Counted from the stretch's first letter, positions 49,984 through 57,583 are shown. The stretch: 64,000 nt of DNA from Anaerocolumna sp. (GCA_049692775.1 JBAVPE010000113.1:1692-65691), one strand, 5' to 3'. Made by a program: numbers and translations. The notes: generated by a model from the sequence alone, not told the origin.

Positions 49984-49990
49984 CTTATAT

Positions 49991-50275
49991 ATGAAATCAT
50001 TCGGATTTATTGAAATTCCAAGCGTAACAGCAGCAATTGAGGCACTTGATATCATGTGTAAGACAGCGGATGTAGAATTCGTTACCTGGGAACGGAAATT
50101 AGGCGGAAGACTTGTAACAATTATAGTCCAAGGCGATGTATCTGCGGTAACACAAGCAATTGAGAGTGCAGTCTGCAAAGCCATGAAACCCTGTGTGCAT
50201 GCAGTAATCCCTAACCCCCATGAAGAAACAATCAAGATGGTTAATATAAGTGCAAGCAGATTAAGTAAGCTGTAA
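49991..50275 (+). CDS. BMC-H shell protein
   Basis: Starts MKSFGFIEIPSVTAAIEALDIMCKTADV. The track start at 49961 lies inside the upstream hairpin. Confidence 0.8.
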   Translation: MKSFGFIEIPSVTAAIEALDIMCKTADVEFVTWERKLGGRLVTIIVQGDVSAVTQAIESAVCKAMKPCVHAVIPNPHEETIKMVNISASRLSKL

Positions 50276-50300
50276 CGGATGCTTATACAAAAAATGCTAA

Positions 50301-50410
50301 GTTGAAAGAAAATTTAAATTAGAAAGGTCTGCCAGTATTGATTCTTTCAACATTTTTATTTATGGCAGTATCACATCTATAAGAAGATATGATATGCAAT
50401 GGGTGTTACT
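50301..50410 (+). promoter_or_regulatory. structured leader, copy B (operon-internal)
   Basis: P1 is GTTGAAAGAA (50301-50310) with TTCTTTCAAC (50342-50351), followed by ATTTTTATTT. P2 is CTGCCA (50329-50334) with TGGCAG (50363-50368). P3 is TATCACATC with GATATGATA. The TGCAATGGGTGT box is at 50395-50406. Confidence 0.6.
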
Positions 50411-50839
50411 ATGGCAGAAGCAAAAAAGCCTGAAGTGAAAGCAGTCACAAAAGAATCAGCAAAAGAAGAAATAAAAGAAGAGATAAAAGAAACAGTAAAA
50501 GAGACAATAAAACCAATCAAAAAAGAAACAGTTAAAACAACTGTTAAGGAGGAAAAAAGAATGGCACAGGAAGCATTAGGTATGGTAGAAACCAGAGGTT
50601 TAGTTGCAGCAATTGAAGCAGCAGATTCAATGTTAAAGGCAGCCAATGTAACATTAGTTGGAACAGAAAAAATCGGTTCCGGACTTGTAAGTGTTATGGT
50701 CAGGGGCGATGTAGGTGCAGTTAAGGCAGCAGTAGAATCAGGTGCAAGCTCAGCATCAAAACTTGGTGAATTAGTAGCTACTCACGTAATCCCAAGACCA
50801 CACACAGATGTAGAAAAAATTCTTCCATCATTAAAATAA
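50411..50839 (+). CDS. BMC-H shell protein (PduA-like) with a ~50-aa Lys/Glu-rich N-terminal extension; possible second internal start at 50561
   Basis: The ATG at 50411 sits after the conserved GGGTGT box in the position the rhaB ATG holds in copy A. The ATG at 50399 is in frame and cannot be excluded. A strong AAGGAGG RBS precedes the internal ATG at 50561 ([13 protein letters not shown]...). Confidence 0.7.
   Translation: MAEAKKPEVKAVTKESAKEEIKEEIKETVKETIKPIKKETVKTTVKEEKRMAQEALGMVETRGLVAAIEAADSMLKAANVTLVGTEKIGSGLVSVMVRGDVGAVKAAVESGASSASKLGELVATHVIPRPHTDVEKILPSLK
50462..50557 (+). repeat. eight tandem 12-nt units encoding K-E/T-x-I/V tetrapeptides
   Basis: The reading frame gives [32 protein letters not shown]. 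Confidence 0.65.
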
Positions 50840-50999
50840 TCCACTTTTATTTAAAGGTTACAGCTCTTTGTGACTGAAAGGTTGCAGGGAGCTGTAAATC
50901 CCATCATGATATGGCGGATAAAACAAACGACAATAAAGTGTATAACTATAGCGGCATAACGGTTAAGCAGCACGAAATATCTGAATATGAAAAGAGCAG

Positions 51000-51650
51000 G
51001 TGAATTTCTTGGAAGAAAAAACAATTGAAATGATAACGAGACTTGTAATGGAAGCAATGAATCAAAAAGACACGGAACAGGGGTTTGTTGTTCCCATAGG
51101 CGTATCAGCGAGACATGTCCATCTGACACAGGAGGATGTGGAAACCCTGTTTGGAAACGGATATGAATTAACCAGGAAAAAAGAATTAATGGGTGGACAA
51201 TTTGCATCCAATGAAGTAGTAACCATCGTAGGTTTGAAACTAAGGGCAATGGAAAATGTTAGAATATTAGGGCCGGTACGTAGGGCATCACAGGTAGAGA
51301 TATCTGCAACGGATGCAATTAAATTAGGAATTAAAACACCAATCAGAGAGTCCGGTGATATTAGAGGTTCAGCACCAATTGCAATTGTTGGTCCTAAAGG
51401 CGTTGTTTATTTAAAGGAAGGTTGTATTATAGCCAAAAGACATATTCATATGTCACCCGAAGATGCCAGGGCAGCTGGAGTAAAGAATGGAGATACCGTG
51501 TCCATACAAGTAGAAAATGAAAGAGGTACCACCTTCAATCATGTACAAATCCGTGTAGATAAAACATTTACACTTGAAATGCATATTGATACAGATGAAG
51601 CTAATGCAGCAAAAATCAGTACAGGTGACACTGCAATCATAATAAAATAG
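51000..51650 (+). CDS. pduL: phosphate propanoyltransferase
   Basis: PduL repeat signature VPIGVSARHVHL...RHIHM. GTG start at 51000. N-terminal helix KTIEMITRLVMEAM. Confidence 0.85.
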   Translation: MNFLEEKTIEMITRLVMEAMNQKDTEQGFVVPIGVSARHVHLTQEDVETLFGNGYELTRKKELMGGQFASNEVVTIVGLKLRAMENVRILGPVRRASQVEISATDAIKLGIKTPIRESGDIRGSAPIAIVGPKGVVYLKEGCIIAKRHIHMSPEDARAAGVKNGDTVSIQVENERGTTFNHVQIRVDKTFTLEMHIDTDEANAAKISTGDTAIIIK

Positions 51651-51767
51651 AATACAATGACATAAAAAAATAATTAAAGTAAATAACACCGTCTGTTAAG
51701 GCAGACATCTATGTCAATTAAAATAAATATAAGTCTTAATCACAGAAAATGATAAGCAGGTGAGAAT

Positions 51768-52034
51768 ATGATCGTAGGTAAAGTTGTAGGAAGCGTAGTA
51801 GCAACAAGAAAAAACGATAATCTTGTAGGCAGTAAATTTTTAATTGTTGAACCATTTGAAAATATGGAACAAGGTATGGGAAGAATTGTTGCAATAGACA
51901 ATGTCGGTGCAGGTATTGGCGAAATTGTTCTTGTTGCAAAAGGAAGTGCAGCACGTATTGGCTGTAATATGAAAGATGCACCTATTGACGCTGCGATTGT
52001 TGGTATTGTTGATGACGGAATCGGACTGGAGTAG
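51768..52034 (+). CDS. BMC-P pentameric vertex protein (EutN/PduN/CcmL family)
   Basis: 88 aa. MIVGKVVGSVVATRK...LVAKGSAAR. Confidence 0.9.
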   Translation: MIVGKVVGSVVATRKNDNLVGSKFLIVEPFENMEQGMGRIVAIDNVGAGIGEIVLVAKGSAARIGCNMKDAPIDAAIVGIVDDGIGLE

Positions 52035-52043
52035 ATTTGATAT

Positions 52044-53375
52044 ATGGATATTAAAGAACTGATAAGTGCCGTTAAGGAAAATGGAATTGCTGGTGCCGGC
52101 GGTGCCGGATTTCCTACTTATGCTAAATTAGATAAAAGAGCGGATACAATTATATTAAATTGCGCAGAGTGTGAACCCTTATTAAAAGTTCATAGACAAT
52201 TATTACAAAAATATGCTTACGAAATCATGTGCACCCTTGATAGGATGGCAGAATCAGTGGAAGCAGAGAAGGTAATTATAGCTGTTAAGGAAGCTTATTC
52301 TAAAACAGTGGAAGCAGTAAAGGCTAATCTGGATTCATTTCCAAGGCTCCGGATAAATTTTCTTTCTGAAGTATATCCCATGGGGGATGAAGTAGTATTG
52401 ATATATGAAACAACCGGTAAAAAAGTTCCACCCGGAAGTATTCCTATAGAAGTGGGCGTAGCAGTTTTTAATGTTGAGACAGTATTTAATATCTATAAGG
52501 CGGTAGAAAAAAAGGAACCGGTGTATTATAAGTATCTGACCATAGCAGGAGATGTTAAAAAACCTGTTACGATAAAAGCTCCTATTGGAATGTCAGTAGA
52601 AGCGGCGGTGGAATTAGCGGGTGGAGTAACCATTAAAGATTATGTATATTATATGGGCGGTCCTATGACAGGCAGTATAGTTAATCCTTATGATACTATT
52701 ACGAAAACTACCAATGCGATTCTTATCCTTCCAAGTGATCATACGGTAATTCTTAAAAAATCAGGGAACGCTTCTATTGATATGAAAAGAGCAATGGCAT
52801 CCTGCTGCCAATGTGAGATGTGTACGGATTTATGCCCAAGGCATTTACTTGGTCAGCCGATTACGCCCCATATGTTTATGCGGGCAGCAACCAGCGGTGT
52901 GACCCAGGATCTTAGCCCCTTCCTGGATACTTTATTTTGCTGTTCCTGTGGAATTTGTGAAATGTTTGCCTGTCCTCAGGGTTTGTCCCCAAGAAAACTA
53001 ATATCGGAATATAAATCAGGATTAAGAACTAAAGGAATAGCTATACCAAAAGGAATACCGTCAGAAGAAACAGATTCCATGAGGGAATACCGTAAAGTAC
53101 CTATGGAACGGCTGACAGCACGGCTCGGTTTAAAAGAATATGATGTAGAAGCACCTCTTAACGAAAAAGAAGTATTCACAAATCAGGTAAAGATTAATTT
53201 AAGCCAGCATATAGGTGTAAAAGCCCTGGCAGTGGTAGGGAAAAACGATCTTGTAAACCAGGGAGATGTCATTGCACAGGCTGAAGAAGGAAAGCTTTCC
53301 CTTCCTGTCCATGCCTCCATATCAGGTGAAATTACTGAGGTAAATGACAGATTCATAATTATAAAACATATATAA
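52044..53375 (+). CDS. PduS/RnfC-like flavo-iron-sulfur oxidoreductase
   Basis: 443 aa. N-terminal GAGGAGFPT nucleotide site and two 4Fe-4S motifs (CCQCEMCTDLCP and CCSCGICEMFACP). Confidence 0.8.
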   Translation: MDIKELISAVKENGIAGAGGAGFPTYAKLDKRADTIILNCAECEPLLKVHRQLLQKYAYEIMCTLDRMAESVEAEKVIIAVKEAYSKTVEAVKANLDSFPRLRINFLSEVYPMGDEVVLIYETTGKKVPPGSIPIEVGVAVFNVETVFNIYKAVEKKEPVYYKYLTIAGDVKKPVTIKAPIGMSVEAAVELAGGVTIKDYVYYMGGPMTGSIVNPYDTITKTTNAILILPSDHTVILKKSGNASIDMKRAMASCCQCEMCTDLCPRHLLGQPITPHMFMRAATSGVTQDLSPFLDTLFCCSCGICEMFACPQGLSPRKLISEYKSGLRTKGIAIPKGIPSEETDSMREYRKVPMERLTARLGLKEYDVEAPLNEKEVFTNQVKINLSQHIGVKALAVVGKNDLVNQGDVIAQAEEGKLSLPVHASISGEITEVNDRFIIIKHI

Positions 53376-53426
53376 CGGAAAGAATTTTCCTATTTTAAAA
53401 GTTAATGCAGGGAGGATGTACACTTT

Positions 53427-53975
53427 ATGAGTAAGGCAATCGGAATGGTTGAATATAAAACAGTTTCATCAGGAGTATTAGTGGCTGATACCATGTTAAA
53501 AACTGCCGAGGTAGAAATTATAGAAGCACAAACGGTTTGTCCCGGAAAGTACATTGTATTGTTAAGGGGTGACTTAAGTGCCATTAATGCCTGTATCGAA
53601 GTGGCCAGATCAAGATATAGTGAACATCTGATAGACAGCTTTATTCTTGGTAATCCTCATGAATCCATATTTTCTGCTATTTATGGTACAACCCGGATTG
53701 AGAAAATTAATGCCCTTGGAATTCTTGAGACATTTTCAGCTGCCTCTATTATAGTAGCAGCAGATGAAGCGGCCAAAACAGCGCTGGTAGAATTAATTGA
53801 ACTAAGAATCGCTAGAGGAATGTGCGGAAAATCTTATTTAATGCTTACAGGAGAAGTGGCCGCCGTTGAAGCTGCTATTGCGAAAGCAAAAGCAGCTGCA
53901 GGTGAAAATGCGATGCTGTTAGACGCCTCTGTTATTGCAAATCCAGATAGTAAACTCTGTAAGCGTATTCTATAG
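53427..53975 (+). CDS. BMC-T tandem-domain shell protein (PduT-like)
   Basis: 182 aa with two BMC domains. A Cys in TVCPGKY sits at the position of the PduT pore Fe-S ligand. Confidence 0.8.
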   Translation: MSKAIGMVEYKTVSSGVLVADTMLKTAEVEIIEAQTVCPGKYIVLLRGDLSAINACIEVARSRYSEHLIDSFILGNPHESIFSAIYGTTRIEKINALGILETFSAASIIVAADEAAKTALVELIELRIARGMCGKSYLMLTGEVAAVEAAIAKAKAAAGENAMLLDASVIANPDSKLCKRIL

Positions 53976-54032
53976 AAATATATTTTAATAATTGGATGCA
54001 CTGCGATAGAAAGCACCGCCTTTTATAACCTT

Positions 54033-54063
54033 TTATCAGAAATTGGTTTCCAATTTCTGATAA
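54033..54063. promoter_or_regulatory. 14-bp-arm perfect palindrome: terminator of the upstream operon and/or operator at the deoR-type gene promoter
   Basis: TTATCAGAAATTGG-TTT-CCAATTTCTGATAA. A TATAAT at 54071-54076 lies 8 nt downstream. Confidence 0.5.
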
Positions 54064-54133
54064 GTTATACTATAATATTATTAAGGTTAAATAATATTAA
54101 GTGGGTTACCATGTATGAAAGTAGGAAAGATAA

Positions 54134-54907
54134 ATGCTTGCAATTGAAAGAAGAAATCAAATATTGGCTATGTTACAGAGGGATCGCCGTGTTGTTGTCA
54201 GTGATTTAAGTACGAGCTTTAATGTAACGGAAGAGACTATCAGGCGGGATTTAGAAAAGCTTGAAAAAGATGGTTTTGCAAAGAAAACCTATGGCGGTGC
54301 TATCATTAAAGAAAGCCTGAATGTGGATTTGCCATACACCGTAAGGAAAAAGGCTAATGTGACTAATAAGCAGTATATAGCAGAAATTATCAGTTCCATG
54401 ATTGAAGACGGCGATCATATTATGATGGATGCAAGCTCTACGGCAGTATATGCGGCAAAGCATTTAAAGAATAAAAAGAATATTACTATAATTACGAATT
54501 CAATAGAAATTCTTCTGGAATTATCAGAAGTGGCCGGATGGAAGGTATTATCAACCGGTGGAACTTTAAGAGAAGGTTCCTTATCCCTGGTTGGATACCA
54601 GGCAGAGAAAATGATTACGAACTACCATGTAGATAAAGCAATCATATCCTGCAAGGGTATTGACATGGAAAAAGGAATTACTGATTCCAATGAAATGGAT
54701 GCACATATTAAGAAATTAATGTTGGAGTCAGCTAATATTAAAATATTAGCTGCAGACAATTCCAAATTTAATAAAATTTCCTTTACGAAAATAGGGGATT
54801 TGACCGACGTTGATATTATGATTACCGATTCCGAACTGGATGACAAATGGAAACAGGTTTTTAATTCAATGAAAGTGGAAACCCATTATAAAATTAATAA
54901 AGAGTAA
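54134..54907 (+). CDS. DeoR/GlpR family transcriptional regulator
   Basis: 257 aa. N-terminal wHTH RRNQILAMLQRDRRVVVSDLSTSFNVTEETIRRDL plus a DeoR C-terminal sugar-phosphate sensor domain. Confidence 0.9.
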   Translation: MLAIERRNQILAMLQRDRRVVVSDLSTSFNVTEETIRRDLEKLEKDGFAKKTYGGAIIKESLNVDLPYTVRKKANVTNKQYIAEIISSMIEDGDHIMMDASSTAVYAAKHLKNKKNITIITNSIEILLELSEVAGWKVLSTGGTLREGSLSLVGYQAEKMITNYHVDKAIISCKGIDMEKGITDSNEMDAHIKKLMLESANIKILAADNSKFNKISFTKIGDLTDVDIMITDSELDDKWKQVFNSMKVETHYKINKE

Positions 54908-54912
54908 GAAAA

Positions 54913-54937
54913 GCACGCTGAAGCGTGCAGACGGGAG
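54913..54937 (+). promoter_or_regulatory. hairpin-SD module copy 4 (distal)
   Basis: GCACGC-TGAA-GCGTGC followed by AGACGGGAG, then GTG-TAA. Confidence 0.55.
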
Positions 54938-54977
54938 CAAGTGTAAAGAAAAAGCATCATTACACTGGAAGAACCCT

Positions 54978-55004
54978 GGAATGAGCACAGAGGGTGCTCA
55001 TTCC
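54978..55004 (+). terminator. strong hairpin (possible attenuator) between deoR-type gene and GRE gene
   Basis: GGAATGAGCAC-AGAGG-GTGCTCATTCC, an 11-bp perfect stem extended by GAAGAA/TTCTTC, followed by GAGTTTCTTCTCGTATT. Confidence 0.5.
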
Positions 55005-55026
55005 GAGTTTCTTCTCGTATTAAAAA

Positions 55027-55051
55027 GCATGCTGAAGCATGCAGACGGGAG
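55027..55051 (+). promoter_or_regulatory. hairpin-SD module copy 5 (proximal; serves the GRE gene)
   Basis: GCATGC-TGAA-GCATGC followed by AGACGGGAG. The ATG is 6 nt after GGAG. Confidence 0.6.
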
Positions 55052-55057
55052 CACAGT

Positions 55058-57583
55058 ATGAAGAAATATAATGATATGGAAATTACGAAAAGTCCTAGAA
55101 TTGGGAGGCTAATTGAAGATTTATATGCCAAAATGCCTGAAATTGAAGCTGACCGTGCATATTTGCTTACGGAGAGTTATAAGCAGACCGAACAGGAACC
55201 AATTATCATACGACGTGCTAAGGCTTTTGAACATATCCTGAAAAATATTCCGATTACCATCAGGGAGAATGAATTGATTGCCGGAAGTGCAACAAAGGCT
55301 CCCAGAGGTTGTCAGGTGTTCCCTGAATTTTCTTATTCCTGGCTGGAAGAAGAATTTGATACCATCAGTACCCGTACTTCAGACCCTTTTTATATATCCC
55401 AAGACACTAAGAAAATATTACATGAAGTATATAAGTATTGGCAGGGTAAAACCACCAGTGAACTTGCAACGGCCTATATGGCACCGGAAGCGAAACTTGC
55501 CATTGACCATAATATATTTACACCCGGTAATTATTTCTATAATGGTGTAGGCCATGTAACAGTTTCTTATGATAAGATTCTTTCCGTTGGATATGAAGGT
55601 ATCATTGGAGAAGCAAAAGCTGCCATGGACCAATTAAAAGTTTCCGATATGGACTATGTAAAACGTCACGGATTTTTAGAAGCGGTTATCATAAGTTGTC
55701 AGGCAGCAATTGACTATGCACGAAGGTATGCAGAACTTGCGTTAGAGGAAGCGAAAGACTGTCAGGATCAGATCCGGAAAATAGAACTGTTGCGTATTGC
55801 GGAGAATTGTTCAAAAGTGCCGGGGAAAGGAGCATCCTCTTTCTATGAAGCCTGCCAGTCCTTCTGGTTTGTACAGATGCTTTTACAGGTTGAATCCAGC
55901 GGGCATTCCATATCTCCCGGACGTTTTGATCAATACATGTTTCCTTATTATGATGCGGACATGAAGGCAGGGAAGATTACACGTGAATTTGCCCAGGAAT
56001 TAATGGATTGTATCTGGGTTAAATTAAATGATTTAAATAAAGCCCGTGATGCAGCATCAGCAGAAGGATTTGCCGGTTACAGTTTATTTCAGAATCTGAT
56101 ATCAGGCGGACAAAATAAAGAAGGCATTGACGTTACCAATGATCTATCTTTTATGTGTATTGAAGCGTCCATGCATATAGCTTTACCGCAGCCCTCTTTA
56201 TCCGTTCGGGTATGGAATGGAACACCTCATGAGTTTATGATGAAAGCAGCCAAGCTAACCCGTACCGGTATTGGTCTGCCGGCTTATTATAACGATGAAG
56301 TAATCATCCCCGGACTTATAAACAGAGGTTTAACCCTGGCAGATGCAAGGGAATATAATATCATCGGTTGTGTAGAACCACAAAAAGCAGGAAAAACCGA
56401 TGGTTGGCATGACGCAGCTTTTTTTAATATGTGCAGGCCATTGGAACTTGTTTTCAGTGATGGAATGGACCAAGGTGTACAAATTTCTGTTAATACGGGT
56501 GAAGTAGGGAAGATAGGAACTTTTGAAGATTTCTTTGAAGCATATCAAAAGCAGATGAATTATATGATCGGCCTTATGGTAAATGCAGATAATGCCATAG
56601 ATGTGGCCCATGCCGAAAGATGCCCGCTTCCGTTTTTATCCAGTATGATTGAAGATTGTATCGGCCGCGGCAAGAGTGTACAGGAAGGTGGAGCAATTTA
56701 TAACTTTACCGGACCTCAGGGCTTTGGTATTGCCAATATGACCGATTCCTTATTTGCTATTAAGAAATTAGTATTTGAAGAAAAGAAAATTACCCTTTCT
56801 GAATATAAAAAAGCACTGGAATTGAACTATGGCAAAGGACTTGATGAAAAAGCCGCTGAAAAAGTAACCATGGAAATTGTCCAGGAATTAGTTACCAACG
56901 GTCAGAAAGTAACAGAAAAAGAAATTGGAGAAATATTTACTATAGCATTAAACGGTGGTATGGCCAAAGAAGAGCGGAAGAAATATAAGGACTTACAGGA
57001 ATTAATTAATGATATTCCAAAGTACGGTAATGATATCCCTGAAGTAGATGAAGTTGCCCGTGAAGTTGCCTATACTTATACAAAACCGTTAGAAACATAC
57101 AGAAATCCCCGTGGAGGACAATTCCAGGCTGGTTTATATCCGGTTTCAGCCAATGTGCCATTAGGTGCACAGACCGGTGCTACCCCGGATGGGAGATATG
57201 CATATACTCCTGTTGCAGACGGTGTTTCACCTTCTTCCGGCAAAGATACACATGGACCTACAGCGGCAGCGAATTCCGTTGCTAAACTGGATCATTACAT
57301 TGCTTCTAACGGAACCTTATTTAATCAGAAGTTCCACCCTTCCGCTTTAAGCGGCGTAAAAGGCCTTGAGAATTTCATTGCCTTAATCCGTGCTTATTTT
57401 GACCAAAAAGGAAGCCATATGCAGTTTAATGTAGTAAGCAGGGATACCTTGCTTGATGCGCAGAACTACCCGGATAATTATAAGAGCTTAGTAGTACGTG
57501 TTGCTGGATATAGTGCATTATTTACATCCCTTTCAAGATCTTTACAGGATGATATTATTGCAAGAACGGAACAGGGTTTTTAA
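55058..57583 (+). CDS. glycyl radical enzyme, PFL2/diol-dehydratase family (probable B12-independent 1,2-propanediol dehydratase)
   Basis: 841 aa. C-terminal glycyl-radical motif RVAGYSALF and catalytic-Cys loop IIGCVEPQ. Context: BMC locus with aldolase, PduP-like and PduL genes. Confidence 0.85.
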   Translation: MKKYNDMEITKSPRIGRLIEDLYAKMPEIEADRAYLLTESYKQTEQEPIIIRRAKAFEHILKNIPITIRENELIAGSATKAPRGCQVFPEFSYSWLEEEFDTISTRTSDPFYISQDTKKILHEVYKYWQGKTTSELATAYMAPEAKLAIDHNIFTPGNYFYNGVGHVTVSYDKILSVGYEGIIGEAKAAMDQLKVSDMDYVKRHGFLEAVIISCQAAIDYARRYAELALEEAKDCQDQIRKIELLRIAENCSKVPGKGASSFYEACQSFWFVQMLLQVESSGHSISPGRFDQYMFPYYDADMKAGKITREFAQELMDCIWVKLNDLNKARDAASAEGFAGYSLFQNLISGGQNKEGIDVTNDLSFMCIEASMHIALPQPSLSVRVWNGTPHEFMMKAAKLTRTGIGLPAYYNDEVIIPGLINRGLTLADAREYNIIGCVEPQKAGKTDGWHDAAFFNMCRPLELVFSDGMDQGVQISVNTGEVGKIGTFEDFFEAYQKQMNYMIGLMVNADNAIDVAHAERCPLPFLSSMIEDCIGRGKSVQEGGAIYNFTGPQGFGIANMTDSLFAIKKLVFEEKKITLSEYKKALELNYGKGLDEKAAEKVTMEIVQELVTNGQKVTEKEIGEIFTIALNGGMAKEERKKYKDLQELINDIPKYGNDIPEVDEVAREVAYTYTKPLETYRNPRGGQFQAGLYPVSANVPLGAQTGATPDGRYAYTPVADGVSPSSGKDTHGPTAAANSVAKLDHYIASNGTLFNQKFHPSALSGVKGLENFIALIRAYFDQKGSHMQFNVVSRDTLLDAQNYPDNYKSLVVRVAGYSALFTSLSRSLQDDIIARTEQGF

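Noticed and set aside
3580-49990. Longer N-terminal extensions offered by the ORF track for serC (3580), the alkaline phosphatase (9086), the surface protein (11437), the hybrid regulator (22961), the ATPase (26702), the permease (27543), glmS (32435), rhaA (34716), DUF336 (45775) and the shell genes (49522, 49961).
   Set aside because: In each case an internal start has a proper GGAGG-type RBS and yields the canonical family N-terminus. The upstream extension overlaps a neighbouring gene, a terminator or a regulatory hairpin.
50911-51003. 30-codon ORF (MADKTNDNKVYNYSGITVKQHEISEYEKSR) overlapping the pduL GTG start by GTGA.
   Set aside because: No SD lies at a workable distance: GGGAG is 19 nt upstream and is sequestered in an ACAGCTC/GAGCTGT stem. 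There is no recognisable family. It is kept only as a note because the 4-nt overlap could allow coupling.
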